Shown here: positions 14,164 to 25,332 of the stretch, piece by piece | Numbering within the stretch: position 1 is the first letter of the stretch | How the letters are laid out: every line of letters begins with the position of its first letter | From: Tubulanus polymorphus | Taxonomy: Eukaryota; Animalia; Nemertea | Length of the DNA stretch: 64,000 nucleotides | Direction: 5' to 3' | NCBI RefSeq assembly: GCF_964204645.1 | Contig: NC_134032.1 | Location: 4,922,175 to 4,986,174 of the forward strand | Program-made: the position numbers and the translations under genes | The notes under the pieces: generated by a model | The model's input: only the letters and a program-made list of their open reading frames with translations | Told to the model about the DNA's origin: nothing | Database searches by the model: none

Positions 14164-17100
14164 GGAGAATGAACACCAACCAGAAAACAATAATGTCAAT
14201 AAAAATCAATATTATTGTCAATATTGTAAAAAATACATCGATACATCTCATAAAACACGACATGAAAAAACTGCAAATCATATAAAAAATGTAATAGATT
14301 TTGAAACTCCAGAAAATTCCAATGAAAGAAAAGAAAGATTAGAAAATATGAATGTGGATGAAATAAAATGTGAAGTTTGTAACGAATTTATAGTAAAAAG
14401 GAATTATAATAGACATCTTGAATCACAAAAACACCGCCAAAATTTGAGTAATAATGTTTTAGGAAAAGATTATTTTGATAATAAACCTCAACAAGTAAAA
14501 GAATCAACTTCAAAAACAAAATCCATTTCAAATAAACCTTACATGGAAAATGTTAGAAATTATATTGATTCACTAGAAATAAAAGATACAATTGAAATCT
14601 TAGAAACATTACATAGTAAAATTGGTCCTGCAACTATTATTTTTAGATTTTTTAAAGGTACAACAATAGAAGATTATAGTAAATTTAATGAAATAATAGA
14701 AAAAATACTAGATTTGATAACAGATGTTGAATATCCAAAAATTAGTATCTCTGGGAAAGTAAGTTTTATAAAGTCAGAAGAAAAAATGGATTATAATATT
14801 CAAACACTCTCTGAAGAAATAATTTCAAAAACACAAATAAAAGAGAAGTTAGAAAAAATATTAAATGAATTTAAACGTCATATTGAACAAAGATATTTTG
14901 AGGGTTCTGGTTTAACATTGAATGAAATTATATATTTAGATTTAAATGTTTATAATACAAAAAGAAATAAAACATCAAAAAGTAATAAAATGTTTAAAAA
15001 TAATTCAAACTTTATAATAGAAAAAGATATGAAAGCATCAAGTTATATTAAATTACCATTTTTATCAAAAGCAATTATAAATGTTAAAAATGAAGACAAC
15101 AAATGTTTTCTATGGTCAATTATTAGTTGCTTACATCCATCACAGGAAAATGTTTGTAGAATAACAGATTATCGGAAATATGAAACATTATATAAAATTG
15201 ATCAATATCCAGTAACTATAAAAATGATTCCTAAAATAGAAAAAGTTAATAATTTAAAAATAAATGTATTCGAATTAATGCAATTACCAAAGACAAAAGG
15301 TGAAAATATTAAAGATTATACATTGGAAGCTTTATATTTAACAGAATATTATGATGATGAAAATGCTATAGATTTGTTATATTATAAAAAAGATGAAAAT
15401 GAACATTATATGTGGTTAAAACAAATTGATTTATTCTTTAGAACAGAAAGTGATCATCATAATAAAATTTATCTATGTAGAAAATGTTTATCCAATTTTA
15501 TGACTGAGAATACATTATTAAAACATAAAGAATTATGTGATAATAAAGATTTTTGTAAATTAATAATGCCAACAGAAAAAGATTATAAATTGAAATTTAC
15601 TAATCATAAATTTAAAAATATTGTTCCATTTGTAATTTATGGGGATTTTGAATCATTGAATAAAGAATTAACTGATCAAGATAGAAAAGAAATATATAAC
15701 AAAAAGCAATTATTAAAATCAATGGATAAAGGAAGTGAATTAAATGAAGACATAATACAAGACCCACCAATTATAAATACAATTAAAAAAGTTCATCAAA
15801 GAGCTGCTGCTTATGGAATTTATATAAAATCAAATTATCCCGAATTATATGAAAGTCAATATATTTCTTTTAGAGGTGAAAATGTAGTTAATGATTTTTG
15901 TGATAAAATTATTGAATTAGAAAGTGATTTTACAAAATTATTAAACAAAAATAAAAGAATAGTTATGACAAAAGAAGATGAAATTGATTTTAATTATGCA
16001 ACTCATTGTTGTTATTGTGAAAAACGTTTTTATTCATTTGATAAAAGAGTTAGAGATCATGATCATTTAAATTCAAAATATCGTGGAGCTGCTCATGAAG
16101 ATTGCAATTTACAAGCTAAAAAAGTAAATTTCGTACCAATATTATTTCATAATTTATCAGGTTATGATACCCATCTATTTATAAAACAATTATCGGGAAA
16201 ATTGGGCGCAATTAATCAAGAAATAGAAGAATATAATGCTATAAATGAAGCAAATGTAAGAAAATATGATTTTAAACTATTAGCTAAAACATCTGAAAAT
16301 TATATTTCATTTCAATTTGGTTGCATTAGATTTTTAGATTCTTATAGATTTCTAGCAAGTTCATTAGATAATTTATCAAAATCATTAGTTGATAATGATT
16401 TTGTTATAACTCGATATTATTATCCAAATGATTAAGATTTTAAATTATTGAGATATAAAGGCGCAATTCCTTATTCATTTTATAAAACACACGATGATTT
16501 CAAAGAAACGAAATTATTGAAAGATCAATTTTATGATAAATTAAAAGAGGAGTATGTGAAAGACGAAGTTTTTGATAGAACATTAAATATTTGGAACCAT
16601 TTTAAGATGAAAAATCATGGTGAATTAGTTGATTTATATTTAAAATCAGATGTTATGATATTGGCTGACATATTTGAAAAATTTAGAGAAGTTAATTTGA
16701 ATCATTTTAATGTTGATCCTTGTTATTGCTACTCTAGTCCTGGTTTAACCTGGCAATGTGGTTTAAAATATACAAATGTAGAATTAGATTTATTAAAAGA
16801 ACCAGATATGGTTTTATTATTTGAAAAATCAATTAGAGGTGGAATTAGTGGTGTTATGGGAGATAGGTATTTTAAAGCAAATGATGAATATAAATTATTA
16901 TATATTGACGCCAATAATTTATATGGTTGGGCAATGATGCAACCTCAACCATATAAAAATTTTATATTAACAGAAGTTGAAAATGATGATAAAACTAATT
17001 GGGAAAGCGCAATTATGAGTTTAGAAGATGAAGCACCAATTGGTTATTTCTTTGTAGTTGATTTAGAATATCCTGAAAATATAAAGTTTAAAACAAGAAA

Positions 17101-19222
17101 CTTACCTTATTGCCCAGAACATTTAACTGTAGATGATAGTTATTTAAGTGAATACCAGAAGAAAATAAAACCGAAAGATCATGTTTTTACAGAAAAATTA
17201 ATACTTACTCAAAATAATAAATATAATTATATTGTTCATTATAGAATGTTAAAATTTTATCTAAAACAAGGAATGAAATTAAAGAAAGTACATAGATATA
17301 TTGAATTTAATCAATCAAAGTGGTTAGAAAAATATATAGATTTCAATACTCAACAGAGAACCATATCAAAAACTGATTTCGAAAAAGATTTTTTCAAATT
17401 GATGAACAATAGTTTTTATGGAAAAACATGTGAAAATATTAGAAATAGAAATGATATTGAATTAGTAAATGATTCTGAACGATTGAGACACCTACAATCA
17501 AGTCCTAGACATTTAGGAAATAAAAGATTTGAAGATTATTTAACGGCAGTAAAATTAAAAAGAACATCCATGAAATTTAATAAACCTATATTTATAGGTT
17601 CAACCGTTTTAGAAGTTTCAAAGCTATTGATGTATAATTTTTATTATAATGTTTTGCAACCACTTTTTGGGGAAAAACACATAGAAATTCTATACTTTGA
17701 TTCTGTAACAGCTGACACCCCAATATTATTAAAATGTAATGATAAAATATTGATAAGAAGAATTTCAGAAATAATTCCAAAACAAAATGAATGTTATATT
17801 TCATATGGTGAAAAAGAATTAATACAAATAAATGGATTAATGGATGTTTGGACAAGAAATGGATGGAAAAAATTAAATAATATTATTAGACATAAAACAA
17901 ATAAGAAAATCTATAGAGTTAGAACTAAATTAGGATTTGTAGATGTTACAGAAGATCATAGTTTAATTAAACAAAATGGTGATGAAATAAAACCAACTGA
18001 TATAAAAACTGGAGATGAATTATGACATAAAAGATTTTACCCAAGAATGAATCATATGTCATTTGATGAAATAATTGATAATATTTATAATATAGAACCC
18101 GAAACATTGGAAGAAAAAGAATATTTTATCAAAGGATTTTTCATGGGTGATGGTTCAGCAGGTGTGTATAATTATGTTAGTGGAACTAAATATTGTTGGT
18201 ATTTATGCAATCAAGACTTAAAATTATTAGAAAGAATTAAGAAATTCTGTGAAGAAGTTTATCCAAATAAAACATTCAAAATCATAGATGTTATGAAATC
18301 ATCAGCAGTTTATAGAATACTTGTAAATAATCCTAAAGATTTTGCTATAGAATATAATAATGAATTCTATATTCATGCAATAGTGAAAAGTAATACTTCG
18401 ACAAAAGAAAAGATAGTTCCAGATTATGTATTAAATGCAAAAAATAATTTAAGAAAATGGTTCTTCATTGGGTTCTATGCCGCAGATGGCACTAAAAAAT
18501 TTACAAAGGATAAAAAGATAACCTTTGCACAGAAAGGAAAAGTTGCTATATCAGGATTGAATATATTATGTAATTCATTAGGCTTCAATATGAATATTGG
18601 GTTGATTAAATCTAAACCAAATTGTTTTAATTTAAGGCATGTAGAAAAAGATTTAACTGAAGAAGTTAAAGATTTATTTGAAATATATAACCCAACTGAC
18701 TATGTTTATGATTTATCAACAGATGATGGAACATTCAATTCTGGGTTCCCATTAATCCAAAAAAATACTGACGCCTACATACTAAAAATCAAGACAAATG
18801 ATATAACAAAAGACTTAAAAACATTGAAACATTATTTTGATTTTAGCAATTACCCCAAAGATCATGAATTGTTTAGTAATGATAATAAAAAGATTCCTGG
18901 TAAGTTTAAAGATGAATTAGGAGGTGATGAAATGATTGAATTTGTTGGGATAAGAAGTAAAATGTATAGTTATAGAACAAAAGATCATGAAGCTAAAAAG
19001 TTAAAAGGAATAACAAAACATGTGGTTGATAAACATATAGAATTTCAAGATTATATAAAGTGTTTATATAAATCAATTGTAATGAAACACAAAATGAATT
19101 GTTTAAGATCAGAAGATCATGAGATGTACATTAATGAAGTTGAAAAAACTAGTTTAAATCCATTTGATGATAAAAGGCATATTTTAGATGATGGTATAAA
19201 AACATTACCTTATGGCCATTAA
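14159..19222 (+). pseudogene. pPolB: Protein-primed family B DNA polymerase with intein; two in-frame stops
   Basis: Three ORFs in one frame separated by TAA 16433 and TGA 18023. Exo motifs YGDFES, FHNLSGYD, YLKSDV; pol motifs YIDANNLYGWAM, KLMNNSFYGK, YFD/TD, KMYSY. N-terminal C2H2-like fingers, DNKCF motif, EndoVII-like RDHDH...GAAHEDCNL. Confidence 0.95.
17702..18766 (+). mobile_element. Intein with LAGLIDADG homing endonuclease in pPolB motif C (355 codons, one internal TGA)
   Basis: YFD|SVTADTP (block A), VTEDHSL (block B), GFFMGDG and GFYAADG (LAGLIDADG), YVYDLST (block F), IQKN|TD (block G, +1 Thr); absent from the paralogous YFDTDS sites at ~54352 and ~56286. Confidence 0.93.
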
Positions 19223-20520
19223 AACATAAAATCAATATCATCATACTCGAAATCACTATTAGCTTCTTCATTTTCATTTAATTGTTCAGGTTCTTCTTCC
19301 ACTCCATTTTTCTCATTTAAATAAAGTTCTATCTTGTTCTACATTTCATCTCGCTCTCTTTGTTTCTTTTTGTTTGTTAATTCATCAAATGGAATTATAG
19401 TATCTAGGTTTAAATAATTTACAATCTTATTTAAAAAGAATTCATAATTTATTGAATCTTTTATTCTATTTTCCAAATGATACATTAATATTTGTTTAAA
19501 TATTTTTTTAATATTTTCCATATCTTCTTCTGTTAATTTAGGTTTTTCATAATAATCGTTAAATAATAAATATAAATACATTTTCTTTTGTTTTGTGTTA
19601 AATGTTGGTGGAATAATTGTTTTTATAATATCTTTTTTAGTTATTTCACCATTTTCATTTTCTATTATTTTCATTTTTTCAAGCCATTGCATATATTCTG
19701 GTGTATGATCTTCTATAGAAAATATTTTAAAAATTTCATCAAGATAATTTAATTTTGGTTCTATGAGAAAATCTCTAGTTTTTTCTTCACCCCATAAATT
19801 CTTTTGCCATCCACATTCATTACAAAATAACACAGTACCTTCTTGTCTTAAGGTCGCATAACTACATTGTGGGCATTTTCGTTTATAATTTATTGGTAAT
19901 AGATCTTCATTAAGCTCTTGGTATTTTCTTACGTTTTCTTTATGTTTTATTGTTCTATTATGTAGATTTGAATTACTTGTTGTAATAATCAATTTACAAT
20001 ATTTACAATAATATGTTTTTCTTGTTAATTCATTATATTGTTTTTCTAACTTTTCAACTGTTTCTTCATTATCAGGTAACGTTTTCTCATATTTTATTTT
20101 TTCTAATAAATTATTTTTTCTTTCATTGAATTCAGTTTCATATTTATTAGAAATTTTATCTATATGTGCTTTACGAAATTGATGATTCTCCCAATCTTCT
20201 ATATTTTCAGGACAAAATCTTATTCGACAATGCTCACATAAATTATTCTTTACATTATTCTTGTCATAAAATAAAAAAGGTCTTTTCCAAATAACTTCGG
20301 GTTCAACTTCAGCAGAATTACTATCAATATTAGCCGTTGCGCCATTAATTCTACACTTCTCTGAATGTTTTTTAACATAATTTCTTGAGAATAATTTATT
20401 ACATTTTGGACAGTTCATTTTAGGGGGTTTATAATTTTCATTATGTTTTTTCATATGTCGAGCCTTATTACTTTTTCTTAGAAGTTCACCACAAATTTCA
20501 CATGCTATCTTCTCATCCAT
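19219..20520 (-). pseudogene. Multi-zinc-finger protein with a C-terminal VLTF3 (poxvirus A2L)-like domain; premature TAG at 19339
   Basis: Four CxxC..H fingers, zinc ribbon CPQC...LFCNECG, then INYEFFLNKIVNYL...KKQRERDEM*NKI (TAG probably TGG, cf. VLTF3 D-x-x-W-K-K-I); frame stays open to TAA at 19219-19221, overlapping the pPolB stop. Confidence 0.65.
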
Positions 20521-22258
20521 ATATTAAGGAAAAATTTTATTAAAATTAATTTTTAGTGATAAGCGGTAATTTTTTTATGTTATAAATAATGGTAGAATTA
20601 AACGAATACAGAATATTTGTTGATTCTAGAAGACTTACAAATTATAAATCACATAATTTAATAGTTCAATTAGATAGAGAATTTAAAAATTGTGTTGATT
20701 TGAAATTGATAAATATAAGTCTATGTAATTCTTTTTATAATATATCGGATAAAACTATTGAACATAGATTGTTTATGATTTTTGATAGAAATGCCGATAA
20801 ATGGTATCATATATTTATAAGACCAGGATTATATAATTTAGAAACATTAGCGCAAGAAATTAATAGAAGAGCTAGGGCAAAAATAGGCGCTGCTGCTGGA
20901 TTTGTAATTAAATTTTTAAAAAGTGATATCAATAATAAAGTGAGAATAAAGTTAGATAAAGGTGAACAATATAAATTTTTAGTTAAAAAACCTATGGCTA
21001 AACTGTTAGGAATTAATCTAGATAAACTTTATTCAAATGTTGACATTACACCAAACTTAATACCTTACACACATTTTTATATTTATTGCAATTTAATCGA
21101 TCCTACAAAAACATTCGAAGCAACTAAAGATATAACTTGTAATTCTGGTTTACTAAACATTTTACCATTGAAGAATTTATTTTTTCTAATAAATTATTTT
21201 TTCTTTCATTGAATTCAGTTTCATATTTATTAGAAATTTTATCTATATGTGCTTTACGAAATTGATGATTCTCCCAATCTTCTATATTTTCAGGACAAAA
21301 TCTTATTCGACAATGCTCACATAAATTATTCTTTACATTATTCTTGTCATAAAATAAAAAAGGTCTTTTCCAAATAACTTCGGGTTCAACTTCAGCAGAA
21401 TTACTATCAATATTAGCCGTTGCGCCATTAATTCTACACTTCTCTGAATGTTTTTTAACATAATTTCTTGAGAATAATTTATTACATTTTGGACAGTTCA
21501 TTTTAGGGGGTTTATAATTTTCATTATGTTTTTTCATATGTCGAGCCTTATTACTTTTTCTTAGAAGTTCACCACAAATTTCACATGCTATCTTCTCATC
21601 CATATATTAAGGAAAAATTTTATTAAAATTAATTTTTAGTGATAAGCGGTAATTTTTTTATGTTATAAATAATGGTAGAATTAAACGAATACAGAATATT
21701 TGTTGATTCTAGAAGACTTACAAATTATAAATCACATAATTTAATAGTTCAATTAGATAGAGAATTTAAAAATTGTGTTGATTTGAAATTGATAAATATA
21801 AGTCTATGTAATTCTTTTTATAATATATCGGATAAAACTATTGAACATAGATTGTTTATGATTTTTGATAGAAATGCCGATAAATGGTATCATATATTTA
21901 TAAGACCAGGATTATATAATTTAGAAACATTAGCGCAAGAAATTAATAGAAGAGCTAGGGCAAAAATAGGCGCTGCTGCTGGATTTGTAATTAAATTTTT
22001 AAAAAGTGATATCAATAATAAAGTGAGAATAAAGTTAGATAAAGGTGAACAATATAAATTTTTAGTTAAAAAACCAATGGCTAAACTGTTAGGAATTAAT
22101 CTAGATAAACTTTATTCAAATGTTGACATTACACCAAACTTAATACCTTACACACATTTTTATATTTATTGCAATTTAATCGATCCTACAAAAACATTCG
22201 AAGCAACTAAAGATATAACTTGTAATTCTGGTTTACTAAACATTTTACCATTGAAGAA
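20093..22258. repeat. 1083-bp tandem duplication (20093-21175 / 21176-22258)
   Basis: Identical ORF starts at 20589/21672 and 20520/21603; one synonymous difference seen (cct/cca). Creates truncated ORFs 20589-21212 and 21124-21603. Confidence 0.95.
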
Positions 22259-22430
22259 TGTTAAAGAATTTGGAACGCAAATAAATTATAATTTAACAGA
22301 ATGTGATTTCAAACCATGCATTCCTCGTTTTAATAATTTTAGATTAGAAATTAGAAATCATAATGGATACTTAATTGATTTAAATAATTTCCCTGTAATT
22401 TATGAATTAGTTATAAGATGTAAAGAGTAA
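21672..22430 (+). CDS. Minor capsid (penton-like, single jelly-roll) protein
   Basis: Penton-type motifs NSFYNI, PGLYN, FYIYCNLI, LEIRNHNGYLIDLNNFPVIYELVIR. Confidence 0.8.
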   Translation: MVELNEYRIFVDSRRLTNYKSHNLIVQLDREFKNCVDLKLINISLCNSFYNISDKTIEHRLFMIFDRNADKWYHIFIRPGLYNLETLAQEINRRARAKIGAAAGFVIKFLKSDINNKVRIKLDKGEQYKFLVKKPMAKLLGINLDKLYSNVDITPNLIPYTHFYIYCNLIDPTKTFEATKDITCNSGLLNILPLKNVKEFGTQINYNLTECDFKPCIPRFNNFRLEIRNHNGYLIDLNNFPVIYELVIRCKE

Positions 22431-22446
22431 TTTTTTCATTATATAA

Positions 22447-22788
22447 ATGAATATAACTGTTGGACCGAGTATATGTTTTGGGTTTGATTTTAAACATGGT
22501 AAAGAAATGAGAATTAAACTAAATGATGTAATTACTGATGTAAAAAGTAAATCATTTAACAATGCATCAATGATTGATAAAGAAAAGTATAATATAGAAA
22601 AAGTAATTGATTTAATTAAATCACCTTTAGAATATTATGAATTAAATGAAGATGGAATTATTGATGATATCAAAAACATATTATCCAAAATATATGATAA
22701 TCATAAAACTAGTAATGAAATAAATGTTGAATTAATCACAAATAAGATAACTAAATATTTTGATGATAGTAATTTTTTTGATAAATGA
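22447..22788 (+). CDS. Polinton hypothetical protein (113 aa)
   Basis: TAAATG start; broken homolog at 57990-58346. Confidence 0.75.
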   Translation: MNITVGPSICFGFDFKHGKEMRIKLNDVITDVKSKSFNNASMIDKEKYNIEKVIDLIKSPLEYYELNEDGIIDDIKNILSKIYDNHKTSNEINVELITNKITKYFDDSNFFDK

Positions 22789-23010
22789 ATGAGTGATAAT
22801 AAGTGGATAATAACTGGAATATATAATGGCGCATTACTATCAGTTGGAACTGTTGGTTATTCAATGGTATTAAAAAAAGTATTCAAAATGGGAAGTGTTA
22901 ATGTCGATAGATTTGATATCAATGATATTTTGAAATTAACATTAGCAGTTACTTTATCTAATTTAACTATTGATTATTTGGAAAAACAAAAATATATTCC
23001 TCCCATATAA
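22789..23010 (+). CDS. Small hydrophobic Polinton protein (73 aa)
   Basis: Differs by one residue from the copy at 58347-58568. Confidence 0.8.
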   Translation: MSDNKWIITGIYNGALLSVGTVGYSMVLKKVFKMGSVNVDRFDINDILKLTLAVTLSNLTIDYLEKQKYIPPI

Positions 23011-23034
23011 ATGTATAATTTTTTTGCTAAATAA

Positions 23035-23457
23035 ATGGCTTCTGCAATTATAACTATTATAGGATCAGCAATTGTTAACGCTTTAGCATTTACTGGTGGT
23101 GGATATTTATTTAAACATATTGATAAAAATAGTTCATTAGGAGAACAAAGAAGACATAACTTAGCGTTAGAGAAATACAATAAAGCTGCAGAAGAATATA
23201 GAGAAAAGAGACAAAACTATATGGATTACATCAATAAAGAATTATATGATCAGAAGATTTCACATAGAGATTTTCAAACAGTTGATGATGCAATGAGTTT
23301 ATATAACGCAGTAACAAATAAAGAAAAATTACATCTATACAAACCCAAATTATCAGATTATTATACCCCAAGTAAAGAACAACAGAAATATGAAATAATT
23401 TGGATTTTAGGTGGAACAGTTATTGTTATATTTGTTGCTTATAAATTTACTAATTAG
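23035..23457 (+). CDS. Polinton protein with N- and C-terminal hydrophobic helices (140 aa)
   Basis: MASAIITIIGSAIVNALAFTGGG...; C-terminal TM; homolog at 58593-59015. Confidence 0.8.
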   Translation: MASAIITIIGSAIVNALAFTGGGYLFKHIDKNSSLGEQRRHNLALEKYNKAAEEYREKRQNYMDYINKELYDQKISHRDFQTVDDAMSLYNAVTNKEKLHLYKPKLSDYYTPSKEQQKYEIIWILGGTVIVIFVAYKFTN

Positions 23458-23476
23458 TAATTTTTATTCTAAATAA

Positions 23477-23911
23477 ATGGAAGATAAAGTTGATAGTATT
23501 GATATTATTCCTCATGATATAAATAAAACTAAATTAAAAACATATTTAGAAAAACAAATATTAGAATTTGAAAGTGACTTAAAGATAAAAAAGAAAAAAT
23601 ATCTAAAAAGTAAAATTATATATTATCTTATTATTAGTGGTTCGGTTACAATTAGTTCTGTAATAACATTTCTAGCAATATTCAGCCCATTAACACCTTT
23701 AGCTATATCAATTGGTGTGTTAGGATTAAGTTCAAGTGTTTTAACTGGTATAAGTTCAAAATTAAATATAAAAAGTAATAAAGAAAAAATAAAATCTAAT
23801 ATAAAAGAAATTAATAAATTAAAGAACACACTAGATTATATAATAAGTTTAAATGGTCATATAACAGTTGAAGAACAAGATAAATTATTAAAAGAATTAA
23901 TAAATTATTAA
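23477..23911 (+). CDS. Two-TM coiled-coil Polinton protein (144 aa)
   Basis: Central hydrophobic hairpin flanked by Lys-rich coils; homolog at 59036. Confidence 0.8.
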   Translation: MEDKVDSIDIIPHDINKTKLKTYLEKQILEFESDLKIKKKKYLKSKIIYYLIISGSVTISSVITFLAIFSPLTPLAISIGVLGLSSSVLTGISSKLNIKSNKEKIKSNIKEINKLKNTLDYIISLNGHITVEEQDKLLKELINY

Positions 23912-23927
23912 TTTTTTAATTATATAA

Positions 23928-25316
23928 ATGGCAGATAGTTTTCCAAAAGCTTTCCAATATAATAAATCAATTAAATATAATATTCCAGCAATAGATTTTA
24001 ATAAAGATATTACATATAGAAATGAAGTTTTAGATTCATTAAATAATTTAGAAATTTATGATACTGAAACTAATAATTTTAATGCAAAGATGGAAAATAT
24101 ATTTCATGTATATTTAATTAATTTTAAAAAATTGAAAGATGAAAAACAATGGTTATTAAAATCTAATATGAAGTATTGGCAGAACCAATTAAATTTTGCT
24201 GTTTATTGTGCAACAACAGGATGTGGAATTAGTTGGAATGATCATTTGAATAATTCTAAATATAAACTAATTCAAAGTTTATTTAGATTTCATACATACT
24301 TTCAAATCAGAATAATATTAAATGAATTAGAGTGCGCTTTACCAGGATCTAGATATTTTAAAGAATTAGATAATAATATTAATTTATCAAAGTTTTATAA
24401 AATTTGTAATGAATTTAATATAGATATAAATAATTCTGATTTTAGAACAAAAATTGGAACAATAAGATCACTTCCTTGCCCTAAAAAGATTGCAGAATAT
24501 TGTGCACTTCCCATACCATCTAATAGTTTTTATAATATCTATAATAATAAATTAGGTTATGGTAAAATAGAAACTAAGGATTTAGAAACATTAAATTTCA
24601 ATAAATTACCGAAATTTTATGATAATTTAAAACAAGAAAACAATAATGGTTGGGTTTATTTTATTTTAGAAAATAGTGAAGGTTTTACTAAATCAGGTAT
24701 AGAAAGAATAAATCAATCTATTAGAACTTATTTGATTTGTATTCTAGGATCACAAGTTGAAACAAGATCACCGATAATTGGAAATTTAAAAACATCATTT
24801 GATACACAAAAACAGTTTAAAGTTTTATTTGAAGATTCAATTCATAATGATGAAAATAGATCGATTCCAGAAAACATTATAAGATATCAAAATTATTTAG
24901 ATAAATCTCATGTAAGACTTAATTATTGTATAGGCCCTAATCTATTAATTATTTCTAATGATTTAGTATTGAAGATGGGAAACATAATTGGTTATAATAA
25001 TCTAATTAAAACTGCAACAATAAATAATTCATTTGGATTAAATGATATAAATAAAAAGATTATTACTGCTCCAAAATTAATGGAAGGTGAAAAAAATAAA
25101 AAACATATTCAATCAACAGAAACTAAAACTAAGAATATTAAATTAAATAATGATTCTAAAATAAAAGATTACAACACATCAGAAAATAAAAGAACTGATA
25201 AAATTCAACATGATATAATTAAACTAAATGATGATAATAAATCCCATGAAAATACTAAATTAGCTATAACTTGTATAGGAATTGTAATCGGAGGAATATT
25301 ATATTTTAAATTTTAA
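23928..25316 (+). CDS. Conserved Polinton protein of unknown function with C-terminal TM (462 aa)
   Basis: QNQLNFAVYCATTGCGIS motif; TAAATG start; frameshifted homolog at 59487-60904. Confidence 0.8.
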   Translation: MADSFPKAFQYNKSIKYNIPAIDFNKDITYRNEVLDSLNNLEIYDTETNNFNAKMENIFHVYLINFKKLKDEKQWLLKSNMKYWQNQLNFAVYCATTGCGISWNDHLNNSKYKLIQSLFRFHTYFQIRIILNELECALPGSRYFKELDNNINLSKFYKICNEFNIDINNSDFRTKIGTIRSLPCPKKIAEYCALPIPSNSFYNIYNNKLGYGKIETKDLETLNFNKLPKFYDNLKQENNNGWVYFILENSEGFTKSGIERINQSIRTYLICILGSQVETRSPIIGNLKTSFDTQKQFKVLFEDSIHNDENRSIPENIIRYQNYLDKSHVRLNYCIGPNLLIISNDLVLKMGNIIGYNNLIKTATINNSFGLNDINKKIITAPKLMEGEKNKKHIQSTETKTKNIKLNNDSKIKDYNTSENKRTDKIQHDIIKLNDDNKSHENTKLAITCIGIVIGGILYFKF

Positions 25317-25332
25317 TTTTTTTATTATATAA

